A stretch of DNA of 64,000 nt from positions 1-64,000 of the forward strand of contig NIVC01000513.1 in the NCBI GenBank assembly GCA_002269645.1. Reading direction: 5' to 3'. The position numbers and the translations under genes were made by a program. Below, piece after piece: positions 39,030 to 51,679 of the stretch. The notes beneath the pieces were generated by a model that did not search any database, was not told where the DNA came from, and saw only the letters and a program-made list of their open reading frames with translations. Within the stretch, counting starts at the first letter, position 1; each line of letters starts with the position of its first letter. This stretch comes from Macrostomum lignano. Its lineage: Eukaryota.

Positions 39030-39495
39030 TGGCGCCTATAGGGAGAGTGTGGCGCCATTAGAGACTGTGTGGCGCCATTACAGAGAGTGAGAGTGGGGCG
39101 CCATTAGAGACAGTGAGAGGCGCGAGAGGAGACGGTGAGAGGCGTCAGAGGAGACAGTGAGAGGCGCCAGAGGAGACAGTGAGAGGCGCCAGAGGAGACA
39201 GTGAGAGGCGCCATAGGAGACAGTGAGAGGCGCCAGAGGAGACAGTAAGAGGCGCCATAGGAGACAGTGAGAGGCGCCAGAAGAGACAGTGAGAGGCGCC
39301 AGAGGATACAGTGAGAGGCGCCAGAGGAGACAGTGAGAGGCGCCAGAAGAGACAGTGAGAGGCGCCAGAAGAGACAGTGAGAGGCGCCAGAGGATACAGT
39401 GAGAGGCGCCAGAGGATACAGTGAGAGGCGCCAGAGGATACAGTGAGAGGCGCCAGAGGAGACAGTGAGAGGCGCCAGAAGAGACAGTGAGAGTG
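39030..39495. repeat. Compound minisatellite: GTGGCGCCATTAGAGACT units grading into 22-bp GAGAGGCGCCAGAGGAGACAGT
   Basis: Direct reading. Confidence 0.93.
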
Positions 39496-40844
39496 GCAGG
39501 GTTGGCTGATGCAGGAGGCAGTTTGGCGCCAGCACTGAGTTTACCATCTGGCATCCCCCGGATGACCCCTGTTGAGCATTCCCTGAGCCCCGCCACCATT
39601 GCGACAGCTTGCCCCGTTGGGAAGCCACACAAACGAATTTCGATGAAAATCTGTGCATGCAAAATCGTTGAATAACCAGTTCGCATGAGCTGCGCCTGCA
39701 ATTCGATGCAAATCAGATTCGGGTTCCGAGTGCCAGATCGGAACGATGCGCTTAAAAAGGAATCCTCTATCACTTACTTACATCTGCCTATGCTATGTAT
39801 AGTCTAGTTATATCTCTAGTTATATCTAGTTATATCACTGTTCTGATCAAGTTCGCCGGGTGCCCTATGGAGTTTATGGAAAATTGGCCTCATTTATTTG
39901 CCATGGATTCGCCCAGATTAGTATGTTCCTTTAGGCGCAATACTACTAAGTTGGCCTCTCTGTAGTAGTACGATACGGTTTTTGAGTTTTCAGATTGTTC
40001 TCAAATTGTTGTTTAAAAAAACAATACGATGAATAAGGCGGATTAAATAAATAGAATTCTTTGATGTGAACTGTTGGACACTTCATATCCGTTGTTTTCT
40101 GACTACTCTGTGTTTCTCTCCCCTTTCCTCTCCCCTATAGCTCTTCCCTTTCCCTCTTTCCTCTCTCATCTCTCCTCTATTTCTCTTCTCTCCTCTCTCC
40201 CCTCTCTCCCCTCTCTCCTCTCTCCTCTCTCTTTCCTTTCCACAAAGAGAAGCACTCTCCTCACTTGCCACTGGTCTGCACATCTGCTCCCCTCTCTATA
40301 CCCTGACAATATCGCCCGCTGATGTACTTACAAATATTGAGCACCTTCAGGGAATCGGATTGTTTATCGCGCTGAACCTCTCTCCCAGTCCGTTACTCAG
40401 CTGCATTGCGCAGATCTAGAGAGAGGGGGAGAAAAAAGACTTCGATGCGTTTCCGGATTTCTGACAGTGCGGAAAGAGACAACGGGAGAGGGGGAGAGAG
40501 AGGGAGAGAGAGAGGCTGAGCAGACAGACAGACTGGCTGACAGGGACCAAAAGGCTTGACTGACTGACTCACTGCCTGCCGAACTCATCTTCAATCGCTC
40601 AAGTCGAGTGGTGGAGCAGCCGAGTGACGTGTTCTTTCCCCGCAATTTCCTCTTTCATAGTGACGGCCTGGCTGAAGCCTCCGTCAACTTCACAGGCGGG
40701 GTCTGACAGCAGCTCCAGGGCTCAAAGAAGTAATCATTTTTATGACGCTGAAGCGGGTAATTCTGTGGCTATAGGGAGCAGGAGGGGTATTTTGAGCTAT
40801 CGGAGGCAGTGTGGTGCTGTTAGAGACTGTGGAGTACCATTAGA

Positions 40845-41520
40845 GGGCGTGTGGCGCCATTAATGAGAGTGTGGCGCCATTAATGAGAGTGTGGCGCTAT
40901 TAATGAGAGTGTGGCGCTATTAATGAGAGTGTGGCGCTATTAATGAGAGTGTGGCGCTATTAATGAGAGTGTGGCGCTATTAATGAGAGTGTGGCGCTAT
41001 TAATGAGAGTGTGGCGCTATTAATGAGAGTGTGGCGCTATTAATGAGAGTGTGGCGCTATTAATGAGAGTGTGGCGCTATTAATGAGAGTGTGGCGCTAT
41101 TAATGAGAGTGTGGCGCTATTAATGAGAGTGTGGTGCTATTAATGAGAGTGTGGCGCTATTAATGAGAGTGTGGCGCTATTAATGAGAGTGTGGCGCCAT
41201 TAATGAGAGTGTGGCGCCATTAATGAGAGTGTGGCGCTATTAATGAGAGTGTGGCGCTATTAATGAGAGTGTGGCGCTATTAATGAGAGTGTGGCGCTAT
41301 TAATGAGAGTTTGGCGCTATTAATGAGAGTGTGGCGCTATTAATGAGAGTTTGGCGCTATTAATGAGAGTGTGGCGCTATTAATGAGAGTGTGGCGCTAT
41401 TAATGAGAGTGTGGCGCTATTAATGAGAGTGTGGCGCTATTAATGAGAGTGTGGCGCTATTAATAAGAGTGTGGCGCCATTAATGAGAGTGTGGCGCCAT
41501 TAATGAGAGTGTCGCGGCAT
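40845..41520. repeat. 20-bp minisatellite GTGGCGCTATTAATGAGAGT, ~33 copies
   Basis: Direct reading. Confidence 0.97.
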
Positions 41521-41574
41521 TAGAGACTGTGAAGCACAATTATAGACTGTGTGGCACCAGAGTTGCGTCATTAG

Positions 41575-41975
41575 AGAGAGTGTGGCGACAGAGGAGACAG
41601 TGAGAGGCGACAGAGGAGACAGTGAGAGGCGCCAGAGGAGACAGTGAGAGGCGTTAGAGGAGACAGTGAGAGGCGACAGAGGAGACAGTGAGAGGCGCCA
41701 GAGGAGACAGTGAGAGGCGTTAGAGGAGACAGTGAGAGGCGACAGAGGAGACAGTGAGAGGCGCCAGAGGAGACAGTGAGAGGCGTTAGAGGAGACAGTG
41801 AGAGGCGACAGAGGAGACAGTGAGAGGCGCCAGAGGAGACAGTGAGAGGCGTTAGAGGAGACAGTGAGAGGCGACAGAGGAGACAGTGAGAGGCGCCAGA
41901 GGAGACAGTGAGAGGCGTTAGAGGAGACAGTGAGAGGCGACAGAGGAGACAGTGAGAGGCGACAGAACAGACAGT
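41575..41975. repeat. 22-bp minisatellite GAGAGGCG(AC/CC/TT)AGAGGAGACAGT with 66-bp trimer periodicity
   Basis: Variants cycle GCGAC, GCGCC, GCGTT. Same unit family as 39100-39495. Confidence 0.95.
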
Positions 41976-42334
41976 CGCCGGGGCTGTGGGCAGTGAAGAA
42001 AGCAAGCAGTCACGCCCATTCCGCTGACTCTGAGCACGCAGACTCTGTGCCTTGAGGGTGGGCCATCGTGGGCGGTGGAGTGTGAGCAGTACCGTAGATG
42101 GAAAGAAATCAAATGAAATTAATTAAGAAAATCAAAGCAATTAAATTTTATAATCACTCACAAAGCACTTGTCAGCGCAAATTTCAAATTTAGACATCTC
42201 TCTCTTTTTTACAAACAAGAGGATTTGGACACATGGCTAAATATATCTTTGTAATAAGAGTGGGAAGGTGCTCAAGGCTAACGGCATGAGCTTCAGTTGA
42301 ATTCCATGGATTCAACCCCCTCCCGCGCCCCTGA

Positions 42335-43380
42335 CCATTGATGGTCGCCCCCTGTCTCTTGGTGAGCGCCCCCTGGCTCTCGGTGAGCGCCCCCTGGCTC
42401 TCGGTGAGCGCCCCCTGGCTCTCGGTGGGCGCCCCTGTCTCTTGGTGGCGCCCCTGTCTCTTGGTGGCGTCCCTGTCTTTTGGTGACGCCCCCTGGCTCT
42501 TGGTGGCGCCCCCTGTCTTTTGGTGAGCGCCCCTGGCTCTCGGTGGCGCCCCCTGTCTTTTGGTGAGCGCCCCCTGGCTCTCGGTTGCGCCCCCTGTCTT
42601 TTGGTGAGCGCCCCCTGGCTCTCGGTGAGCGCCCCTGGCTCTCGGTGAGCGCCCCCTGGCTCTCGGTGAGCGCCCCTGGCTCTCGGTGAGCGCCCCCTGG
42701 CTCTCGGTGAGCGCCCCCTGGCTCTCGGTGAGCGCCCCTGGCTCTCGGTGAGCGCCCCCTGGCTCTCGGTGAGCGCCCCTGGCTCTCGGTGAGCGCCCCC
42801 TGGCTCTCGGTGAGCGCCCCTGGCTCTCGGTGAGCGCCCCCTGGCTCTCGGTGGGTTCCCCCTGTCTTTTGGTGGGCGCCCCCTGGCTCTCGGTGGGCGC
42901 CCCCTGGCTCTCGGTGGCGCCCCCTGTCTTTTGGTGAGCGCCCCCTGGCTCTCGGTGGCGCCCCCTGTCTTTTGGTGAGCGCCCCCTGGCTCTCGGTTGC
43001 GCCCCCTGTCTTTTGGTGAGCGCCCCCTGGCTCTCGGTGAGCGCCCCTGGCTCTCGGTGAGCGCCCCCTGGCTCTCGGTGAGCGCCCCTGGCTCTCGGTG
43101 AGCGCCCCCTGGCTCTCGGTGAGCGCCCCCTGGCTCTCGGTGAGCGCCCCTGGCTCTCGGTGAGCGCCCCCTGGCTCTCGGTGAGCGCCCCTGGCTCTCG
43201 GTGAGCGCCCCCTGGCTCTCGGTGGGTTCCCCCTGTCTTTTGGTGGGCGCCCCCTGGCTCTCGGTGGGCGCCCCCTGGCTCTCGGTGGGCGCCCCCTGGC
43301 TCTCGGTGGGCGCCCCCTGGCTCTCGGTGAGCGCCCCCTGGCTCTCGGTGAGCGCCCCCTGGCTCTCGGTGGGCGTCCTT
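42335..43380. repeat. 21-22-bp minisatellite GAGCGCCCCCTGGCTCTCGGT / GGCGCCCCCTGTCTTTTGGT
   Basis: Direct reading. Confidence 0.95.
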
Positions 43381-43859
43381 GTCTTTCGGTGGGTAGATGC
43401 CACGCCCAAGAGGGTGCAGTAGTTGAGCTTCTGTCAATCGTTGAGTTTAGCTGCCCCTTTCATTGGTGGCTATTTGAGAGAGGCCGCGACCCCCCCCCCC
43501 TGGCTCCCTCTTCCCTAGCTGCTGAGACACTGGGTGGGGGTAGGCAGCTGTTTTTGTCACGGGATTCGCATGCAGACAATGGCAGAACGAGCTGAGCTAA
43601 GAGAGACAATGGTGGTCTTACGCTTGGCCTTTTGGAAAAGGTTCAGAGCTCTGCTGGTCAATAATTGTACAGCTATTATTTGTATGAAACTATAAAATTT
43701 ATTGCAGAGTATAGTTAACTGCAATTCAGTTGGTCAAATTTCACACCAGCATTATTTCACGTTATTCAATTTAGTTGTTTAAAATATTATAAAAATTGGC
43801 ACCAACATAGCTTGAAAGTCTGCGTTCACCGCTTTATCTTGCTTTGGGATTTGAGGGCT

Positions 43860-44165
43860 CTTTCCCCCTCTCCCCCTCTCTCCCTTCTCTCTCCCTTCCC
43901 TCCCCCTTCTCTCTCCCTTCTCTCTCCCTTCTCTCTCCCTTCTCTCTCCCTTCTCTCTCCCTTCTCTCTCCCTTCTCTCTCCATTCTCTCTCCCTTCTCT
44001 CTCCCTTCTCTCTCCCTTCCCTCTCAATTTTCTCTCCATTCTCTCCGCCTTCTCTCTCCCTTCTCTCTCCATTCTCTCTCCATTCTCTCTCCATTCTCTC
44101 TCCCTTCTCTCTCCCTTCTCTCTCCCTTCTCTCTCCCTTCTCTCTCCCTTCTCTCTCCATTCTTT
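43860..44165. repeat. 11-bp pyrimidine repeat CCTTCTCTCTC
   Basis: Direct reading. Confidence 0.92.
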
Positions 44166-44604
44166 TCTTTTCCAGCCTCTGTCAGTTACTACGATACATC
44201 TGGAGTCCTCAATCTCCAGCGGTGATCACAGGAGGACTGCTGAGTCTGCTGATCATGAGTTCAATTTTCAGGAACTGGGGTGGGTGGCGCATAAGCCGGC
44301 TCGCTGCTAAATAATGGCTCCGCCACCAGCCGCTGCAGATCCGGGCAGCCCGCAGTCATAATTCCGTAATTTTATTAAGATAATATCCGCAATGATCGAA
44401 CGGTCCAACAAAGCGGGCTCCTACCTCTCCTACCTGATTATCCTTCCTGCCAATGTGAAGGCGATTTGATGCAGATTAAATACCCCCTTATATACCATAA
44501 CTGAGTCTGTGGATGCTGTGGCATGCTTCATCATATTAATGCTCGCTTGGATGCTCGGCGGTTGGGGGTCATGGCATTGGGATGCAGCCAGAAAATCGCT
44601 ACTC

Positions 44605-45030
44605 AGAAAAAAATTCACTCAGAAAAGTTCAACATAGAAAAACGCTACTGAGAGAAATCACCACTCAGAAAATCGCTACTTAGAAAATCTCCACTCAAAA
44701 AAATCGCCACTCAAAAAATCACCACTCAGAAAAATCGCTATACTCAGAAAATCGCTACTCAGAAATATCACGATTCAGAAAATCGCTACTCAGAGAAATC
44801 ACTACTCAGAAAATCGCAACTCAAAAAATCGCCACGCAGAAAATGGCCACTCAGAAAATCGACACGCAGAAAATCGCCACTCAGAAAATCGCCACTCAGA
44901 AAAATCTTCACTCAGAAAAATTACCACTCAGAAAATCGCCACTCAGAAAAATCTTCACTCAGAAAAATCGCCACTCAGAAAATTGCCACTCAGAAAATCG
45001 CCACTCAGAAAATCGACACGCAGAAAATCG
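44605..45030. repeat. 15-16-bp degenerate minisatellite CAGAAAATCGCCACT
   Basis: Direct reading. Confidence 0.9.
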
Positions 45031-45494
45031 CCTCGCTCTTGATAATTAGTGCATTCGTTGGTGAGTTCGGCATTTCGATGCAAGGCATTATTGCCTGCAC
45101 CATGAATGAGTCTGGAGGTTGAGTCATCCGCCTCAGACGAAGCTCTAAACCAAAACCCGTCCTCAGAAGGGTTGGCAAGGCCACCGATAACAATCGGAAT
45201 GCTTTATTTTATGGTTTCCTCAATTAAAAAAATCACGCAAATCATCTTTTCTTATCAAGCGCATGGGCGGAAGTCAACTTTGATGCCCCGCTTCCTTGGC
45301 CTGCTCAAAAATTGAGTTATGAGGGAGCCCAAAGATGAAGGAAAGCTTTTCCAGCTTCCGATGGGAGATGTGAGAGGGAGACTGCGAGCTGAAAGTTAAT
45401 GGTTTGATGGCACTTTTAAGCCGGCTTTGTTTGAAAATTCACATTAAGAGCTCTGCATTGTGGAATGGAGAAATGAATAGCAGAAGAGTGGAAT

Positions 45495-46190
45495 GACAAG
45501 GAAGAGAGTGACAAAAGAGAGTGACAAGAAAGAGAGTGACAAGGAAGAGAGTGACAAGGAAGAGAGTGACAAGGAAGAGAGTGACAAGGAAGAGAGTGAC
45601 AAGGAAGAGAGTGACAAGGAAGAGAGTGACAAGGAAGAGAGTGACAAGGAAGAGAGTGACAAGGAAGAGAGTGACAAGGAAGAGAGTGACAAGGAAGAGA
45701 GTGACAAGGAAGAGAGTGACAAGGAAGAGAGTGACAAGGAAGAGAGTGACAAGGAAGAGAGTGACAAGGAAGAGAGTGACAAGGAAGAGAGTGACAAGGA
45801 AGAGAGTGACAAGGAAGAGAGTGACAAGGAAGAGAGTGACAAGGTAGATAGTGACAAGGAAGAGAGTGACAAGGAAGAGAGTGACAAGGAAGAGAGTGAC
45901 AAGGAAGAGAGTGACAAGGAAGAGAGTGACAAGGAAGAGAGTGACAAGGAAGAGAGTGACAAGGAAGAGAGTGACAAGGAAGAGAGTGACAAGGAAGAGA
46001 GTGACAAGGAAGAGAGTGACAAGGAAGAGAGTGACAAGGAAGAGAGTGACAAGGAAGAGAGTGACAAGGCAGAGAGTGACAAAGAAGAGAGTGACAAGGC
46101 AGAGAGTGACAAAGAAGAGAGTGGCAAGGAAGAAAATGACAAGGATTAGGAGTGACAAGGAAGAGAGTGACAAGGCAGAGAGTGACAAGA
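45495..46190. repeat. 15-bp minisatellite GACAAGGAAGAGAGT, ~46 copies
   Basis: Direct reading. Confidence 0.97.
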
Positions 46191-46559
46191 CAGGCGTCAG
46201 TGAAATCACAGCGAAGTTTTTACGGTCAGAAATCTGTAGACCTTAGTAATAATTAGGAGCCCATTGTTTTTCAGTTCCACTATCTGTCAGGAAGTTTCGC
46301 GTAGCAACAGACTATTCTAGACTGTGGCTCAGAGCTTAGATAGGCTTATTCTAGAAAATGTGACTGCCAATTATAGGATCAACTTAATCAACCAGGACAA
46401 AAGAGCTTCGGTACTGAGCCATATGGGACTCGATTGAAACCATTTTTACCCCCGACAGTTATAATCCCGTAATTACAGGTGGATTTAAAATAGAAAAATT
46501 CAGATTGAATCCTTAAACTCTTTCTCTTTGGACTTGGCGTTTAGGCTCGTTTGAAATTT

Positions 46560-46822
46560 TGTGGCGCTAAAAGGGACGCTAACCGGGGGCGCTAAAAGTG
46601 GCGTTAGAAGTGGCGCCAGAAGTGGCGCTAAATGTGGCGCTAAAACGGGCGCTAAAAAGGCGCTAAAATTGGCGCTAAACTGGTGCTAAAGTGGCTCCAA
46701 AAGTGGCGGTAATAGGGGCGCTAAACAGAATACTAAAAGTGATGCTAAAAGGGACGCTCGAAGTGACACCTAAAAGTGGCGCTAAACGGGATGCTAAAAG
46801 TGGCGCTAAAAGGGGTGCTAGA
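46560..46822. repeat. Degenerate 11-12-bp repeat AAGTGGCGCTAA upstream of SoxB1
   Basis: About 20 imperfect copies. Confidence 0.85.
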
Positions 46823-46984
46823 ATGAAAGCGTACTCAAGGCTTAAAGACTATATTAGGAAGCCAGTAAAATAATTCCACTGCAACTTATTTCAAAGCCAG
46901 CAAGCTTTTTCCATCTTCTGACAAGATCTGGCAATCGTCCGACTGACTGACTTTCTATCTGTCCCGTCCCGTCGAGCCCGCGCT

Positions 46985-47460
46985 CCGGCCACGCGCGCTG
47001 TCATTGGCTGGCCGCTCAGCCAATAGCAAGCGTCCATTGACAATCAAACCCCAAATTGCTCACATCAATTGAGACCGCACCCGCCACCCCACCGCCCGAA
47101 GCCCCCCTCCCCCAACCCCCTCATTACTCCAGCGCTTTCACACACGCACACAAAGCGGCGCCCCCCACCCCCAGTCCTCAACAAAAGCTCCAGCGCAGGT
47201 GCATGCAGACTGAGTCAGTAATTCATTTTCATTCAATTCACTCAGAGAGTGAGCTCAATTGTGTTAAAAACAATCAAGCCCAATCTTTCCACAGCTCCTA
47301 TTCAATTCAATTGACAATAATAATAGATAGAGTTTAGCCAAGCGCTTGGGAATAGACAGAAAAACTCCTATAGAGGCGCCAACAACCCCTTCAATTTTTA
47401 TTTTGTTGTTTGAATTGCTGTGTCGCTCTCAGACACAGCCAACTATATATAAATAGACCC
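46985..47460 (+). promoter_or_regulatory. SoxB1 proximal promoter region
   Basis: Inverted CCAAT pair CATTGGCTGGCCGCTCAGCCAAT (~47002-47024), several ACAAT Sox-type motifs, and CTATATATAAAT at 47443-47454. Confidence 0.5.
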
Positions 47461-47479
47461 GCAATTCCTTTGCCAAGCT

Positions 47480-50400
47480 ATGGAGACAAAGGAGCTGACA
47501 GACCTTCACGAGCAGAGGCTGCGCAATGACGGCTTGCATATCTCGCCAGGTAGTTATTACCTGTCAACCGTGGGTGACCATGTCCACCGAACTGACCCAG
47601 TTCAAAGGTACGCTGCAGGGCACCAACTGCAGCAGCATGACTGCTACAGCATGGAGGACAACTCCGACGACCACGAGAGCAGCGACTGCGGCGCGAACGC
47701 GAACAACAACAACAACAGCAGCAATTGTCAGCTATCGCCTCTGATGACGTTGGCAGCCATGGGAGCACCTCAGACTGCTTCTGTGAGTCTCAGCTGTCAA
47801 CTTACTGCCTGCATGCTTATTTGAGTGTTAATATTATTAATTCTGGAATCTCTGGCGCTTTTGTTGTATCTAGTACGAGCTACATCTGGTACCCCTGTCG
47901 CCCTCACCTGGAATCCCAGTCACTCCCCACCTTGAATCCCGATTACTCACCTGGAATCCCAGTCACTCCCCACCTTGAATCCCGATTACTCACCTGGAAT
48001 CCCAGTCACTCCCCACCTTGAATCCCGATTACTCACCTGGAATCCCAGTCACTCCCCACCTTGAATCCCGATTACTCACCTGGAATCCCAGTCACTCCCC
48101 ACCTTGAATCCCGATTACTCACCTGGAATCCCAGTCACTCCCCACCTAGAATCCCGATTACTCACCTGGAATCCAGGACCTCACTCCCACCTGGAATCCC
48201 GGTCACTCTCACCTGGAATCCCGGTCACTCTCACCTGGAACCCCGATCACTCTCACCTGGAATCCCGGTCACTCTCACCTGGAACCCCGATCACTCTCAC
48301 CTGGAATCCCGGTCACTCCCCACCTGGAATCCCGGTCACTCTCACCTGGAACCCCGATCACTCTCACCTGGAATCCCGGTCACTCTCACCTGGAACCCCG
48401 ATCACTCTCACCTGGAATCCCGGTCACTCCCCACCTGGAATACCGGTCACTCCCCACCTGAAATCCCTGTCACTCCCCAACTGGAATTCCGGTCACTCCC
48501 CACCTGGAATCCCGGTCACTCTCACCTGGAATCCCGGTCACTCCCCACCTGGAATCCCGGTCACTCTCACCTGGAATCCCTGTCACTCTCACCTGGAATC
48601 CCGGTCACTCCCCACCTGGAATCCCGGTCACTCTCACCTGGAATCCCTGTCACTCCCCAACTGGAAATCCGGTCACTCCCCACCTGGAATCCCGGTCACT
48701 CGCACCTGGATCCTGGAATCCCGGTCACTCCCCACCTGGAATCCTGGTCACTCCCCACCTGGAATCCCTGTCACTCCCCAACTGGAATTCCGGTCACTCT
48801 CACCTGGAATCCCGGTCACTCTCACCTGGGATCCCGGTCACTCACCTGGAATCCCGGACCTCACTCTCACCTTGAATCCCGGTCACTCCCCACCTGGAAT
48901 TCCGGTCAGTCTCACCTGGAATCCCGGTCACTCCCCACCTGGAATCCCGGTCACTCCCCACCTGGAATCCCGGTCACTCTCACCTGGAATCCCGGTCACT
49001 CCCCACCTGGAATCCCGGTCACTCCCCACCTGGAATCCCGGTCACTCTCACCTGGGATCCCGGTCACTCACCTGGAATCCCGGACCTCACTCTCACCTTG
49101 AATCCCGGTCACTCCCCACCTGGAATTCCGGTCACTCTCACCTGGAATCCCGGTCACTCCCCACCTGGAATCCCGGTCACTCCCCACCTGGAATCCCGGT
49201 CACTCTCACCTGGAATCCCGGTCACTCCCCACCTGGAATCCCGGTCACTCCCCACCTGGAATCCCGGTCACTCTCACCTGGGATCCCGGTCACTCACCTG
49301 GAATCCCGGACCTCACTCTCACCTTGAATCCCGGTCACTCCCCACCTGGAATCCCGGTCACTCTCACTTGGTATCCCTGTCACTTCTCAAACCTATTTGC
49401 TCCATTTTTTTCGGTTCGGGTTCTATTCAATGACCACAGTTATTAATTAAGATTTTGTTAATATTTTTACAGTTCGAGGATGTCTATTACCTTTATTATA
49501 CATACACAACTGGATGTTAAAAACGTACAATATATGAACAAATCGATAATGCTTGAAATAAGACTGTGACATAACTAGTATGGGTACAGCGTGGAGTGTT
49601 GCCAAGCCTCAAATCGAAGCTTCGCTATGTGTCGCTATGTGCTGCACGTGATGCCCTGGTTACACTGGAGTGGTTCGAGAGTGGGAGAATGAATTAGAAA
49701 TTCGAGTTCCTAATATTACCTGGCGAAGCCCGAGGACCGAACTGCTACAATCCCCGTAGCTAATAAGGGAGCGGAGGAGTGGAGGAGGCAGGTGACACGA
49801 GCAGGTGTTGGGGCCCTAGCAACCAGCCTGTATGCCGCAGCTGGGCGCGTTGGCGGGCAAGCCCCAATCCGATTACTCACTGCGCTACTCACAGTGGTGG
49901 TTGAATCGAATCAATGAGTATGATAATTGGGTCTTATATAGAGTCCATGGGGCTGCATGTGGACAAATTTGCCCTCAAGGCTTGTTTGGTAGGTAAGAAA
50001 TGAAATAATTGAGGCTATTTTCGGTTCAGAGGGCTCGCTAGTAAAATTCCAGTAATGTACCAAACAGTCGCGGACGAGCAGATCGACCACAAACTTGTTT
50101 AATTTGCCAGTAGCTTTGGTCTTGGTGCTGGCGCCCCTTGGTGCTGGCGCCCCTTGGTGCTGGCGCCCCTTGGTGCTGGCGCCCCTTGGTGCTGGCGCCC
50201 CTTGGTGCTGGCGCCCCTTGGTGCTGGCGCCCCTTGGTGCTGGCGCCCCTTGGTGCTGGCGCCCCTTGGTGCTGGCGCCCCTTGGTGCTGGCGCCCCTTG
50301 GTGCTGGCGCCCCTTGGTGCTGGCGCCCCTTGGTGCTGGCGCCCCTTGGTGCTGGCGCCCCTTGGTGCTGGCGCCCCTTGGTGCTGGCGCCCCTTGGTGC

Positions 50401-51013
50401 TGGCGCCCCTTGGTGCTGGCGCCCCTTGGTGCTGGCGCCCCTTGGTGCTGGCGCCCCTTGGTGCTGGCGCCCCTTGGTGCTGGCGCCCCTTGGTGCTGGC
50501 GCCCCTTGGTGCTGGCGCCCCTTGGTGCTGGCGCCCCTTGGTGCTGGCGCCCCTTGGTGCTGGCGCCCCTTGGTGCTGGCGCCCCTTGGTGCTGGCGCCC
50601 CTTGGTGCTGGCGCCCCTTGGTGCTGGCGCCCCTTGGTGCTGGCGCCCCTTGGTGCTGGCGCCCCTTGGTGCTGGCGCCCCTTGGTGCTGGCGCCCCTTG
50701 GTGCTGGCGCCCCTTGGTGCTGGCGCCCCTTGGTGCTGGCGCCCCTTGGTGCTGGCGCCCCTTGGTGCTGGCGCCCCTTGGTGCTGGCACCAACGTTTCT
50801 TTTGAGACACCTTTGTAATTTATTGACATTTGCCATTATTGGCCCGAATGGTGGTGCTACAATGAGGTTTCATAAAAACTTGTACAAGAGAAGTTGTTGC
50901 ACTAATAAAAATGAGATGATTTATATTGCCAATCTTCTCCATTGATTTTTTGTCCAGTTCGCTACAACGGGAAAACAGCAGCAATACCAGCACCAGCAGC
51001 TGCCGCCGCAGCC

Positions 51014-51068
<55 letters not shown>

Positions 51069-51643
51069 GTTCCGACAACCGCCAAGCTCGAGGACCGTGT
51101 CAAACGCCCGATGAACGCCTTCATGGTGTGGAGCCGGGGCCAGCGCCGCAAGATGGCCCAGGAGAACCCGAAGATGCACAACTCGGAGATCAGCAAGCGC
51201 CTGGGCTCGGACTGGAAGAGCCTCTCCGAGTCCGAGAAGCGGCCATTCATCGACGAAGCGAAACGTCTGCGCGCGATGCACATGAAGGACCATCCGGACT
51301 ACAAGTACCGGCCGAGGCGCAAGGCTAAGACGCTGGTGAAGCGGCAGGATCGTTACGCGGTGGCTGCTGCTGCTGCGGCTGCGGCTGCAGCAGCGGTGGT
51401 GACAGCAGGCCAACAGCAGCAGCCAGCATCGGCTCCGCCAGCTCCAGCGGTTGCTCAGCAACCGGGGGCAGTTTATGCGGCCCAGAGTCAGCCGCTGCAT
51501 CAGCTGGACGAGTCTGAGTTGCACTATCAGCATCAGCAGGCTTATCATCAGCCTCCTGGCTACTTGCCGTCTGGTTATCACCCCGACATTCAGCATCAAC
51601 AGCTGGCCCAGCAGGCGCATTGGCACCCGATGTACATGACAGC

Positions 51644-51679
<36 letters not shown>

